Assembly: GCA_050734515.1 (NCBI GenBank)
Contig: JBOHUM010000007.1
Coordinates: 3,764 to 67,763 of the forward strand
DNA length: 64,000 bases
From: Candidatus Dormibacteria bacterium
Lineage (GTDB): Bacteria; Chloroflexota; Dormibacteria; Aeolococcales; Bog-877
Reading direction: 5' to 3'
The notes under the pieces are model-generated. The model saw only the letters and a list, made by a program, of their open reading frames with translations, made no database searches and was not told the origin of the DNA. Of the stretch, positions 8,870-18,410 are shown piece after piece. Numbering within the stretch: position 1 is the first letter of the stretch; each line of letters begins with the position of its first letter. The translations under genes were made by a program, and so were the position numbers.

Positions 8870-9598
8870 TCAGGCGGGAGGAGTTCGGGGGCGGCGTGGG
8901 GTGGGGGGCTGCGCCTCGAAGCTGGTGCCGCAGTTGGCGCAGTAGCGTGCCTCGGCGGGGCTGGCTCGTCCGCAACTCGGGCAGCGGCGAGGTCCTCCCG
9001 GGGCGGGTGCGGGGGCAGCCTGGCCGGCTGCGGGCGGCGGCCCACTCACCGGCCGGGCGGCGGCCCCGCGGTTCCCCCGGGCACTCGCCTGCCACACCTG
9101 CCAGTGCAGCAACCCCAGGGCGCCGATCACGATCGCCAGGCCCAGCGCCAGCCAGATGAAGACCCCTCCGTACAGAGGCCCCGGTCCCACCCGTGGCGCC
9201 ATCCAGGTGAGGGCCGCGGCCACGTCCACGATCGTGAACAGGAGCACGCCCAGGCCGAGGCCGGCGCTGACCAGGCTCCGGTAGCCGCGCCCCAGGTACA
9301 GATGCACCCGGGCCACCCGCAGCCCCTCCCAGCAGAAGAGCAGCGCCGCCAGCACCCCGGCGACGGTGCCGGCGCCGCCCCAGCCGTTGCTGCTCTGGGC
9401 GAAGGAGCACTGGGCGAAGTCGGGGCAGGCGAACCCGGCGCCCGCTCCCCGGTACCAGGGGAGGAAGAGGTCGACGAAGAAGAGGAGCGCCAGCACCGCC
9501 AGCAGGCCGCCCTGGCTGGCGATCCGCTCAAGACGCGGGTCGGTGTGGGAGATGCTCAAAACCTGCCGCTCCTCCTGCCCCCCCGGTTCCGGCACCAT
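8870..9598 (-). CDS. Membrane protein with a C-terminal zinc-ribbon
   Basis: 242 aa starting at ATG 9598, preceded by GGAGG with a 6-nt spacing. It has about 4 hydrophobic helices and a C-terminal CPSCG...x12...CANCG motif. It lies 25 nt downstream of purH on the same strand. Confidence 0.65.
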   Translation of the reverse strand: MVPEPGGQEERQVLSISHTDPRLERIASQGGLLAVLALLFFVDLFLPWYRGAGAGFACPDFAQCSFAQSSNGWGGAGTVAGVLAALLFCWEGLRVARVHLYLGRGYRSLVSAGLGLGVLLFTIVDVAAALTWMAPRVGPGPLYGGVFIWLALGLAIVIGALGLLHWQVWQASARGNRGAAARPVSGPPPAAGQAAPAPAPGGPRRCPSCGRASPAEARYCANCGTSFEAQPPTPRRPRTPPA

Positions 9599-9623
9599 AC
9601 ACGACCTCCGGAGCCGGCGGCGC

Positions 9624-11162
9624 TCAGTGCCTGAAGTGGCGCCGCCCGGTGGTGACCAACGCCAGCCCCGCCGCCTCGGCGGCCGCCAGAACCTCGTTAT
9701 CCCGGATCGACCCCCCGGGATGGATGGCGGCGGTCACTCCCGCCCTGGCCGCCGCCTCCAGCCCATCCGCCATGGGGAAGAAGCCGTCCGAGGCCAGCAC
9801 GCTACCGCTGGCCCGCTCCCCGGCTCGCCGCACCGCCATCTCCACCGCCTCCACCCGGGACATCTGCCCCGCGCCGACCCCGACCGCCATCCCATCACGG
9901 CAGAGCACGATGGCGTTGGACTTCACCACCCGGGCCACCTCCCAGGCCAGCTCCAGCTGTGCCCACTCCGCGGGAGTGGGCTGGCGGCTGCTGACCACTT
10001 GGAACTCCTGCTGCGGGTCGGGTTGGCGGTCGGGTAGCTGGGCCAGCACCCCGCCGTCCACCGATCGCAGTTGAACCGGCGGCGGCTCGTCGCCCGGTCC
10101 TCCCACCACCAGCACCCGCAAGCGAGGCTTGGCGGCCAGCAGGGTGAGAACACCGTCCTCGAGGCCGGGGGCTACCAGCAGCTCCAGGAAGTGTCGGGAG
10201 AGCAGCCCGGCGGTCTCCAGGTCGAGCGGTCGGTTGACGGCCATCACCCCGCCGTACGCGGAGCGCGGATCACACTCATAGGCGGAGTGGAAGGCGGAGC
10301 CGAGGTGGTCGGCGACGGCCACTCCGCAGGGATTGGTGTGCTTCACCACCACCGCCGCGGGCTGGCTCAGCGCCCGGGCCAGGCCCCAGGCGGCGTCGGC
10401 GTCCAGCCAGTTGGTGTAGGAGAGCTCTTCCCCGGCCAGCCGCTCGGCCCCGGCCAGGCCGCCGGCCCCGCCGCCGGAGCGGTACAGGGCCGCTGCCTGA
10501 TGGGGATTCTCACCGTAGCGCAGCACCCGGTCCAGCTGGCCCGACCAAGCCAGCCGCGCCGGCCAGGACCCACCCTGGTCGAGCCCCTGGGGACCCAGGT
10601 GAGCCGCGATCAGGGCGTCGTACGAGGAGACGGTGGCGAAGGCCTGGGCGGCGAGGCTCCGGAGCAGGTCCGGCTCGAGCCCCCCCGCCTCAAGCTGGGC
10701 CAGCACCACCCGGTACTGCTCGGGATCTGAGACCGCAGCCACGCTCCGGTGGTTCTTGGCAGCCGCGCGCAGTAGGGTGGGGCCACCGATGTCGATGGCC
10801 TCCAGGACCGAGTCCTCTGATCCTCCGCCGGCCAGGACCGCGGCGAAGGGATAGAGGTTCACCGCCACCAGGTCGATGGCCTGGAAGCCGAAGCCGGCCA
10901 GGGTGGCCATGTCCTGGGGGTGTTCGCGCCGGGCGAGGATCCCAGCGTGGATCGCCGGATGCAGGGTCTTGACCCGGCCCTCCAGCATCTCCTCGGTGCC
11001 GGTGAGGCGGGGCACGGGCACGACCGTCAGCCCCGCCTCGACCAGGGTGCGTTCGGTGCCCCCGGTCGCCACCAGCTCCACGCCCTGACCCGCCAGCCCC
11101 CTGGCGAACTCCACCAGCCCCTGCTTGTCGTAGACCGCCAGCAGCGCCCGCCGCGGCTTCAA
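9624..11162 (-). CDS. purH: Bifunctional AICAR transformylase / IMP cyclohydrolase
   Basis: The N-terminus is MGS-like (ALLAVYDKQGLVEFARGL...ATGGT) and an AICARFT core is present (VVKHTNPCGVA). Start proposed at TTG 11162, overlapping the purN stop as TTGA. The track ORF runs to 11252. Confidence 0.88.
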   Translation of the reverse strand: MKPRRALLAVYDKQGLVEFARGLAGQGVELVATGGTERTLVEAGLTVVPVPRLTGTEEMLEGRVKTLHPAIHAGILARREHPQDMATLAGFGFQAIDLVAVNLYPFAAVLAGGGSEDSVLEAIDIGGPTLLRAAAKNHRSVAAVSDPEQYRVVLAQLEAGGLEPDLLRSLAAQAFATVSSYDALIAAHLGPQGLDQGGSWPARLAWSGQLDRVLRYGENPHQAAALYRSGGGAGGLAGAERLAGEELSYTNWLDADAAWGLARALSQPAAVVVKHTNPCGVAVADHLGSAFHSAYECDPRSAYGGVMAVNRPLDLETAGLLSRHFLELLVAPGLEDGVLTLLAAKPRLRVLVVGGPGDEPPPVQLRSVDGGVLAQLPDRQPDPQQEFQVVSSRQPTPAEWAQLELAWEVARVVKSNAIVLCRDGMAVGVGAGQMSRVEAVEMAVRRAGERASGSVLASDGFFPMADGLEAAARAGVTAAIHPGGSIRDNEVLAAAEAAGLALVTTGRRHFRH

Positions 11163-11788
11163 CTGGGCACGCCCGCCCGCCGCACCCGGCGGCCCTCCAG
11201 ACGCAGCTGCCCCGTGGCCAGCAGGCGGATGGCATCTGGAAACAGGCGCCACTCCTGCTGGTGGATCCGCTCCAGGAGTGAGGCCGGGGTGTCGTCGTCC
11301 AGGACCGGAACCGCAGCCTGGAGCACGATCGGGCCGCCGTCGACGAAGCGCTCATCGACCAGGTGCACGGTGCAGCCCGAGACCTTGACCCCGTGCTCCA
11401 GCGCCAGGGAGACCGCGTCCATGGTCCCGGCGAAGCTGGGAAGCAGGCTGTTGTGGAGATTGAGGATCCGCTGCGGGAAGGCCTCGAGCAGGGGCTGCTG
11501 AAGAATCCGGTCGTAGCCAGCCAGGGCCAGGATCTCCGCCCCCTGGCCCCTCAGCCAGCTGGCCAGCTCCCGGTCGCGGCAGCCGGGCGAGCCTCCGTAG
11601 TCGGAGGCGGGGAAGGAGCGGACGGCGACCCCGGCGGCCCCAGCGATGGTCAGGGCGGCGCATCCTGGCCGGTTGCTGCCGACCGCCACGACCTGGGCGG
11701 GATAGTCGGGCGCCTCCTGGGCGGCGAGGATCGCCCGCAGGTTGGTGCCGGCCCCGGAGACCAGCACCCCGAGACCGACTCGGGCCAC
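11159..11788 (-). CDS. purN: Phosphoribosylglycinamide formyltransferase
   Basis: 209 aa with GVLVSGAGTNLRAIL and NLHNSLLPSFAG motifs. Confidence 0.88.
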   Translation of the reverse strand: MARVGLGVLVSGAGTNLRAILAAQEAPDYPAQVVAVGSNRPGCAALTIAGAAGVAVRSFPASDYGGSPGCRDRELASWLRGQGAEILALAGYDRILQQPLLEAFPQRILNLHNSLLPSFAGTMDAVSLALEHGVKVSGCTVHLVDERFVDGGPIVLQAAVPVLDDDTPASLLERIHQQEWRLFPDAIRLLATGQLRLEGRRVRRAGVPS

Positions 11789-11805
11789 CCCCGGCCGCTC
11801 CCCCT

Positions 11806-12837
11806 TCAGAGCAACCTCACCTGGTCTGGCCCCTGCCGCGCTACCACCTCGCCAATCTCAAAAAGTCCCAGCTGAGGCTGAGCCAGGGCTGCCTCCGCGG
11901 TCTCCAGGGGTACGGCGCAGATCATCCCCAGCCCCATGTTGAAGGTTCGCCAGAGCTCCTCCTCCGGGATCTCGCCCACCGCGGCCAGGGTGGCGAAGAG
12001 CGAGGGCACCTGCCAGCGCGACCGGTCCACGGTAGCCTCCAGCTCGGCCGGCAGCACCCGGGGCAGGTTTTCGACCACGCCGCCGCCGGTGATGTGGGCC
12101 AGGGCGTGGACCGGGCCCAGCCCCCGCAGCGTCTGGACCGGGCCCAGGTAGGAGGCGTGCACCGCCAGCAGCAGCTCGCCGATCGGCGCCTCTGTCCCGG
12201 GGAGAACGGTCTGGTAGTCGAGCTCGCGCTCCGCCAGCAGCTGGCGCACCAGGGTGAAGCCGTTGGTGTGCAGCCCGGTGGAGGGCAGGGCCAGGAGCCG
12301 GTCGCCGGCACGGACCCGGTCGGGGCCGAGCAGGTCTCGGCGCGCGCTGATCCCGACCAGGAAGCCGGCCAGGTCGTAGTCCCCCAGCCCGTAGACACCG
12401 GGCATCTCGGCGGTCTCGCCCCCGACCAGGGCGCAGCCGGCCTCCAGGCAGGCCTGGCTCATGCCCAGGGCCAACTCCTCCAGCACCTGCGGCTCGATCC
12501 GGGCGGTGGCGAAGTAGTCGAGGAAGAAGAGCGGCTGGGCCCCGGTGGTGAGCACGTCGTTGACGCAGTGGTTGACCACGTCCTGGCCGATCCCGCGGTG
12601 CCGGCCCACGGCCACGGCCACCTTGGACTTGGTGCCCACCGAGTCGGTGGAGCTGACCAGCACCGGGTCGGGGGGCAGCGCCTCCCCAAGGCGCCAGACC
12701 GCGGCGAACGGCCCCACCCCGGAGATGACCTGCTCGGTGCTGGTCCGGGCGGCGAGCTCGGCGACCCGGGCGACCGCGCTCCGGGCTCGGCCGCGGTCCA
12801 CCCCCGCCTGGGCGTAGCGGCTGGGCTCAGCCTTCAA
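11806..12837 (-). CDS. purM: Phosphoribosylformylglycinamidine cyclo-ligase (AIR synthetase)
   Basis: The N-terminus is PurM-type (...YAQAGVD...) with an AIR-synthase-like fold sequence. Start proposed at TTG 12837, an 11-nt overlap with purF. The track ORF runs to 12891 and the start is uncertain. Confidence 0.85.
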   Translation of the reverse strand: MKAEPSRYAQAGVDRGRARSAVARVAELAARTSTEQVISGVGPFAAVWRLGEALPPDPVLVSSTDSVGTKSKVAVAVGRHRGIGQDVVNHCVNDVLTTGAQPLFFLDYFATARIEPQVLEELALGMSQACLEAGCALVGGETAEMPGVYGLGDYDLAGFLVGISARRDLLGPDRVRAGDRLLALPSTGLHTNGFTLVRQLLAERELDYQTVLPGTEAPIGELLLAVHASYLGPVQTLRGLGPVHALAHITGGGVVENLPRVLPAELEATVDRSRWQVPSLFATLAAVGEIPEEELWRTFNMGLGMICAVPLETAEAALAQPQLGLFEIGEVVARQGPDQVRLL

Positions 12838-14323
12838 GGGCGAGCTTGTCCATCTCCAGCTGCTGGGGCACCTGCACCGGGTAGGCCCCATCCAGGCAGG
12901 CGAAACAGAAGCCCGAGTCGCTGGATGAGGCGCGGAGCGCCTGGCGAAGCCCCTCCAGGCTGAGATAGGCGAGGGAGTCGGCGCCGATCAGGGCGCCGAC
13001 CTCCGCCGAGGTGCGGCCGGCGGCGATCAGCTCGCTGCGGCTGGAGATGTCGATGCCCATGAAGCAGGGGAATCGGATCGGCGGCGAGGCCACCCGCATG
13101 TGCACCTCGGCGGCGCCGCTGCGCCGGAGGGCGTCGACGATCCGCCGCGAGGTCGACCCGCGGACGATGGAGTCGTCTACCAGCACCACCCGCTTGCCTT
13201 CGAGCACGTGGCGCATGGGGTTGAACTTGAGGCGCACGAAGGCGTCGCGGAGCCCTTGCTCAGGCTCGAGGAAGGTGCGAGCCACGTAGCGCGACTTCAT
13301 CATCCCCTCGGCGAAGGGGAGCTGGCTGCGCTCGGCGAAGCCAATCGCCGCCGGGGTCCCGGAGTCGGGGAGGGGGATGACCACGTCGGCCTCCACCGGA
13401 GACTCCTCGGCCAGCCGGATCCCCATCGCCCGGCGGGCCTCGTAGAGGCTCAGGTCCTGGAGCACCGAGTCGGGGCGGGCGAAGTAGATGAACTCGAAAG
13501 AGCACATCGCCGGCTGCCGCCGGGTGCCGAAGTGGGCGGAGCGGAGCCCGTCGCCGTCGATGGTCACGATCTCCCCCGGGCTGACCTCGCGCACCAGCCG
13601 GGCGCCGATCACGTCCAGGGCGCAGGTCTCGCTGGCGATGATGTAGCCGGCGCCACCGGCGGCTGTCAGCGGCCCCAGCCGGCCGATGCAGAGCGGCCGG
13701 ATGCCCAGCTCGTCGCGGGCCGCCACCAGGCTGTCCTTGGTGAGGAAGCCGAGCGAGTAGGCGCCCTGCGCCCGGGGCAGCGACCGCTGCAGTACCACCT
13801 CCAGGCTCTCTCCGGGGGTCCGGGCCAGGAGGCTGGCCAGGACCTCGCTGTCGCTCGAGCTCTCAAAGGTCTGGCCCTCCTCGACCAGACCGGCGTGCAG
13901 GGCCTGGGTGTTGGTGAGGTTGCCGTTGTGGGCCAGGGCGACCGGCCCCAGCTGCCCGTGGGTGAAGGTGAAGGGCTGGGCGTTGGTCAGCCGCGAGGAG
14001 CCGGTGGTGGAGTAGCGGGTGTGGCCCAGCCCCAGGCCGCCGGGGAGCCGCTCCAGCGCGTCATCGCTGAAGGCCTGCCCCACCAGGCCCATCTCCCGGT
14101 GCAAATGCAGTCGCTCCCCGTCCGAGGTGCAGATCCCGGCGGATTCCTGGCCGCGGTGCTGGAGCGCGTAGAGCCCCAGGTAGCAGAGTTGGGCCACGTC
14201 CTGGCCGGGTGCGAAGGCGCCGAAGATCCCGCAAGCCTCGTGCAGCTTGTCGAGCTCGGGCTCGGCCCGACCCGGGGCCGCGGGGAGCTGGGCAGAGGGG
14301 CCGGCCGGGACGGTCACCGCCAT
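12827..14323 (-). CDS. purF: Amidophosphoribosyltransferase
   Basis: The Ntn-type catalytic Cys follows a short propeptide (..LHEACGIFGAF..), and a PRTase motif is present (VVLVDDSIVRGST). ATG 14323 overlaps the purL stop as ATGA. The track ORF to 14644 is over-extended. Confidence 0.9.
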   Translation of the reverse strand: MAVTVPAGPSAQLPAAPGRAEPELDKLHEACGIFGAFAPGQDVAQLCYLGLYALQHRGQESAGICTSDGERLHLHREMGLVGQAFSDDALERLPGGLGLGHTRYSTTGSSRLTNAQPFTFTHGQLGPVALAHNGNLTNTQALHAGLVEEGQTFESSSDSEVLASLLARTPGESLEVVLQRSLPRAQGAYSLGFLTKDSLVAARDELGIRPLCIGRLGPLTAAGGAGYIIASETCALDVIGARLVREVSPGEIVTIDGDGLRSAHFGTRRQPAMCSFEFIYFARPDSVLQDLSLYEARRAMGIRLAEESPVEADVVIPLPDSGTPAAIGFAERSQLPFAEGMMKSRYVARTFLEPEQGLRDAFVRLKFNPMRHVLEGKRVVLVDDSIVRGSTSRRIVDALRRSGAAEVHMRVASPPIRFPCFMGIDISSRSELIAAGRTSAEVGALIGADSLAYLSLEGLRQALRASSSDSGFCFACLDGAYPVQVPQQLEMDKLALEG

Positions 14324-16581
14324 CAGGATACCGGTCCGTTCCGGGGCCACCGGAGCCGGCCCGGGATGGCTTCCTCCTGGGCCAAGCGGGCCATCTCCAG
14401 CGGCAGCGCCGCCATTCCCTCGACCTCGATCCCGGCGCCGCCGACCTGGCCTAGAACCTCCACCGCGACCTCGGCCTGGCGGAAGTGGTCCAGGACCTGG
14501 CCGACCCCGGCGGGAGAGCAACTGGCCAGGTAGCGTCCCTGGGTCTCCCCGAAGAGCGCGGCCCATTCCCGACTGGGTCCTTGGCCGGCAGCGGGCAGCC
14601 GGGGCGGCCTTACCCGGGCGCCGATGCCGCCGGCGAGGGCGCACTCGGCCAGGGCCACCGCCAGCCCGCCCAGTGAGCAGTCGTGGACGGATTGCAGGAG
14701 TCCCCGCTGGACGGCACCGCGAACGGCCCCGGCCGTCCGTGCCTCCAGGGCCAGGTCGAGGGCCGGGGCCGCCCCGGCCACCTGGCCCTGGGTCAGCCGC
14801 TGATACTCCGACCCCCCCAGCTCCAGCCCGGAGGCCCCCAGCAGGAGCACCTGGTCACCCTCTTGGCGGAACGCCATCCCTGGCCGCTGCTCGAGGTCGG
14901 GCACCAGGCCCACCGCCCCCACCACCGGGGTCGGGGGGATGGGCTCGGAGCGGTACTCGTTGTACAGGCTGACATTGCCGCTCACCACCGGCAGCCCCAG
15001 GGCCCGGGCGGCCTCGGCCAGGCCCCGCACCGACTCCTGGAGCTGCCACATCACCGCCGGGAGCTCCGGGCTGCCGAAGTTGAGGCAGTTGGTCAGGGCC
15101 AGGGGCTCGGCCCCGGCGCAGGCCAGGTTGCGCACCGCCTCGGCCACGGCGATGGCGGCGCCCCGGGCGGGGTCGAGGGCGGCGCTGCGGTGCGCGCCGT
15201 CGACGGTCAGCGCCAGACCCTCCCGGCGTCCTCGCAGCCGCAGCACCGCCGCGTCGCCGCCGGGACCGACCACGGTGTCATCCCCGACCTGGTGGTCGTA
15301 CTGGCGCCAGATCCAGCGGGTGGCGCCGCAGTTGGGCGAGCCCAGCAGCCGCAGCCAGGCCTCCTCCAGGGGCCAGGGAGGCTCGCTGAGGAGGGGATCC
15401 ACCCTGGCCCCGGAGAGATCCGGCGGCCGCGCCGGCAACCGCCTCGGCGGGCAGCCCGAGACCAGCAGGTCGAGGGGCAGCTGACCCAGCGCCACCCCCG
15501 AGGCGCTGATCCGGAGCTCCCCTGGCCCGATCACCTCCCCGATCACGCTGGTGAGCAGACCCCAGCGTTGCAGGTGGCCCTGGAGGCGCTCCTCGGCGCC
15601 GCGGCGAACCACCAGCACCATGCGCTCCTGGGACTCGCTCAGCATCACGTCGCTGGCGGTCATCCCTCGTTGGCGCCGCGGCACCCGGTCGATATCCAGC
15701 TCCATCCCCACCCCGCCCCGGTGGGCCATCTCGGCGCAGCTGCTGGTCAGGCCCGCTGCCCCACAGTCCTGAAGGCCGATCAGGTCCGGATCGCCGACCA
15801 ACTCGAGGCAGGCCTCGAGCAGACACTTCTCCATGAAGGGGTTGCCCATCTGGACCGCGGGCCGGAGTCGCTCGGCCTCCTGGTCCAGCCCGGCGGAGGC
15901 GAAGGTGGCGCCGTGGATCCCGTCCCGACCGGTGTCGGCCCCCACCAGCAGCACCGGGTTGCCCGGCCCCCGGGCCACCGCCCGGGTCAGGCGCGACTCC
16001 TCGACCAGTCCCACGCACATGGCGTTGACCAGGCAGTTGTGGCGGTAGCCCGGATCGAAGTAGGTCTCGCCCCCCATGGTGGGCACGCCCACGCAGTTGC
16101 CGTAGCCGCCCACTCCCTCCACCACCCGGGAGAAGCGGTGGGCCTGCTCCGGCTCTTCGAGATCGCCGAAGCGGATCGCGTCCAGCAGCGCCACCGGCCG
16201 GGCGCCCATGGCGAAGACGTCGCGGAGGATCCCCCCCACCCCGGTGGCGGCACCCTGCACCGGCTCCACCGCGCTGGGGTGGTTGTGGGACTCGATCTTG
16301 AAGCAGCAGAGCAGCCCTCCACCCAGGTCGACGACCCCGGCGTTCTCACCCGGCCCCTGGACCACCCGGGCGCCAGAGGTGGGCAGCTGGGCGAGCAGGG
16401 CCTTGGAGGTCTTGTAGGAGCAGTGCTCCGACCAGAGCGCCGCCAGCATCCCCAGCTCCAGCGAGTTGGGCTCCCTCCCCAGCCGGGCCCTGGCGGTCTG
16501 GTACTCGGGCGGGCTCAGCCCCAGCCGGCTCAGCCGCTCCGGGCTGGCCGCGGAGGTCTCGCCCTCGAGCACGAGCGCCAC
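14323..16581 (-). CDS. purL: Phosphoribosylformylglycinamidine synthase subunit PurL (FGAM synthase II)
   Basis: 752 aa with small-PurL-type sequence (HCSYKTSK, FKIESHNHPSAVEP). GTG start lies 1 nt after the purQ stop. Confidence 0.9.
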   Translation of the reverse strand: MALVLEGETSAASPERLSRLGLSPPEYQTARARLGREPNSLELGMLAALWSEHCSYKTSKALLAQLPTSGARVVQGPGENAGVVDLGGGLLCCFKIESHNHPSAVEPVQGAATGVGGILRDVFAMGARPVALLDAIRFGDLEEPEQAHRFSRVVEGVGGYGNCVGVPTMGGETYFDPGYRHNCLVNAMCVGLVEESRLTRAVARGPGNPVLLVGADTGRDGIHGATFASAGLDQEAERLRPAVQMGNPFMEKCLLEACLELVGDPDLIGLQDCGAAGLTSSCAEMAHRGGVGMELDIDRVPRRQRGMTASDVMLSESQERMVLVVRRGAEERLQGHLQRWGLLTSVIGEVIGPGELRISASGVALGQLPLDLLVSGCPPRRLPARPPDLSGARVDPLLSEPPWPLEEAWLRLLGSPNCGATRWIWRQYDHQVGDDTVVGPGGDAAVLRLRGRREGLALTVDGAHRSAALDPARGAAIAVAEAVRNLACAGAEPLALTNCLNFGSPELPAVMWQLQESVRGLAEAARALGLPVVSGNVSLYNEYRSEPIPPTPVVGAVGLVPDLEQRPGMAFRQEGDQVLLLGASGLELGGSEYQRLTQGQVAGAAPALDLALEARTAGAVRGAVQRGLLQSVHDCSLGGLAVALAECALAGGIGARVRPPRLPAAGQGPSREWAALFGETQGRYLASCSPAGVGQVLDHFRQAEVAVEVLGQVGGAGIEVEGMAALPLEMARLAQEEAIPGRLRWPRNGPVS

Positions 16582-16582
16582 C

Positions 16583-17272
16583 TCAGCCGGCCAGGGCCAG
16601 CGAGGCGAGCAGGCGCAGCCCGTCGCTGGAGCCCAGCAGCGGCTCGCAGGCCCGCTCCGGGTGGGGCATCATCCCCAGCACGTTCCCCTGCTGGTTGAGG
16701 ACGCCAGCGATGTCCTCGACCGAGCCGTTGGGGTTGGCCTCCCCGCTAGGCGAGTCGCCGGGGAGGCAGTAGCGCAGCGCCACCCGGCCGCGGCCGTTGA
16801 GCTCGGCCAGGGTCCCGGGTTCGGCGTAGTAGCGCCCCTCGCCATGGGAGACCGGGATCTGCAGCACCTCCCCCCGCCGGCAGCCGGCCAGGAAGGGGCT
16901 GGCCACGCTCTCCACCCGCAGCCAGGTGGGCTGGCAGCGGAACTGCAGGCTGGCGTTGCGCAGCAGCGCCCCCGGGAGCAGCCCCGCCTCGCAGAGGATC
17001 TGGAAGCCGTTGCAGATTCCCAGCACCGGGCCCCCGCCGCGGGCGTGCTCCACGACCGCCGCCATCAGGGGGGCGAACCTGGCCACCGCCCCCGCGCGCA
17101 GGTAGTCGCCGTAGGCGAACCCACCGGGGAGGATGACCACGTCGGCGCCCTTGAGGTCGCGGTCCTGGTGCCAGAGCGGCACCGCCTCCAAGCCCGCCAC
17201 ATCCAGGGCGTGCAGGCAGTCGCGGTCGCTCCAGGTGCCGGGGAAGGTGGCCACGCCGACCCGCGTGCTCAA
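16583..17272 (-). CDS. purQ: FGAM synthase glutaminase subunit PurQ
   Basis: Class-I GATase motifs GFAYGDYLRAG, GICNGFQIL and HGEG. Start proposed at TTG 17272, overlapping the purS stop as TTGA. The track ORF to 17629 is over-extended. Confidence 0.85.
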   Translation of the reverse strand: MSTRVGVATFPGTWSDRDCLHALDVAGLEAVPLWHQDRDLKGADVVILPGGFAYGDYLRAGAVARFAPLMAAVVEHARGGGPVLGICNGFQILCEAGLLPGALLRNASLQFRCQPTWLRVESVASPFLAGCRRGEVLQIPVSHGEGRYYAEPGTLAELNGRGRVALRYCLPGDSPSGEANPNGSVEDIAGVLNQQGNVLGMMPHPERACEPLLGSSDGLRLLASLALAG

Positions 17273-17511
17273 GGCTCGGGGGCGCCTGGCGACACCTGGA
17301 AGCGGTACTCCTCGATGACACCGTTGCAGAGCAGCCGTCGGCACATTTCGTCGACCTGGGTCCGGGCCTCCTCCGGGCCACTGGCCCCGAGCTCCAGGCG
17401 GATGAACTTGCCCACCCGGCTGGTCGCGACCTCGGAGTATCCGAGCGCGTGCAGCCCCTCGGTGACCACCAAGCCCTGGGGGTCGTTGACCACCTGTTTG
17501 AGGGTCACCAC
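17269..17511 (-). CDS. purS: FGAM synthase subunit PurS
   Basis: 80 aa in the expected position between purC and purQ. PurS-like sequence (VTLKQVVNDPQG...). Confidence 0.8.
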   Translation of the reverse strand: MVTLKQVVNDPQGLVVTEGLHALGYSEVATSRVGKFIRLELGASGPEEARTQVDEMCRRLLCNGVIEEYRFQVSPGAPEP

Positions 17512-17519
17512 GACCTCGG

Positions 17520-18410
17520 CTACAAATCGTGGCCGGTGATCCGTCGGCAGGCCTCCAGGTAGCGCCGCCGGGTCTCCGCCACCAGCTCCGGCGGCAGCGG
17601 CGGGGCGGGCGGGTTACGGTCCCAGCCACTGGCGAGCAGGTGCTCCCGCACCAACTGCTTGTCGAAGCCGGCGGCGCCCCCGGGGCCGCCCTCGGCGGCC
17701 TCCCAGAGCCGGGAGGAGTCGGGGGTGAGCAGCTCGTCGATCAGGGTAAGCCGGCCCTCGACGAAGCCGAATTCGAACTTGGTGTCCACCAGGGTGAAGC
17801 CGGCCCGGCGGCAGCCCTCCCGAGCCCTTTCGAAGATGGCCAGGCTGCGCTCCTCCAGCTCGGTGGCCAGCTGGGACCCCACCCGCTCCGCCAGCTCCCG
17901 GCGGCTGATGTTCTGGTCGTGGCCGGCGTCGTTCTTGGAGGCGGGGGTGAACCGGGCCGGGGAGAGTTCGGCACCGAAGGCGAGGCCGGGGGACAGAGGC
18001 TCCTCGGCGAGCGTCCCCCGATCGGCGTACTCAGCCCAGCCGCTGCCCGCCAGACGCCCTCGGACCACGCACTCGACGTCGATCCTCTCCGCCCGGCGCA
18101 CCCACATGCAGCGCCCCTGAAGTTGGGGACGTGCCGGGTGGGGGATGGTCTCAGGGTCGTCGTCCAGCAGATGGTTGGGGACCAGGTCGGCGGTGTCGGC
18201 GAACCAGTGCCGGGACATCGCCGTCAGGACCCGGCCGCGGTCCGGGATCAGGCTGGGGAGGACCGAGTCGAATGCGGAGAGACGGTCGGTCGAGACCATC
18301 AGCAGGCGCTCGCCCAGGTCGAAGGTGTCGCGGACCTTGCCCCGCCGGAAGAGCTTGAGCCCGGGAAGCTCCGCCTGGCCCAGGCCCCTCCCCGACTCGG
18401 CCGCGCTCAC
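17520..18410 (-). CDS. purC: SAICAR synthetase
   Basis: 296 aa with an LFRRGKVRDTFDL N-terminal motif. GTG start overlaps the purB stop as GTGA. Confidence 0.88.
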   Translation of the reverse strand: MSAAESGRGLGQAELPGLKLFRRGKVRDTFDLGERLLMVSTDRLSAFDSVLPSLIPDRGRVLTAMSRHWFADTADLVPNHLLDDDPETIPHPARPQLQGRCMWVRRAERIDVECVVRGRLAGSGWAEYADRGTLAEEPLSPGLAFGAELSPARFTPASKNDAGHDQNISRRELAERVGSQLATELEERSLAIFERAREGCRRAGFTLVDTKFEFGFVEGRLTLIDELLTPDSSRLWEAAEGGPGGAAGFDKQLVREHLLASGWDRNPPAPPLPPELVAETRRRYLEACRRITGHDL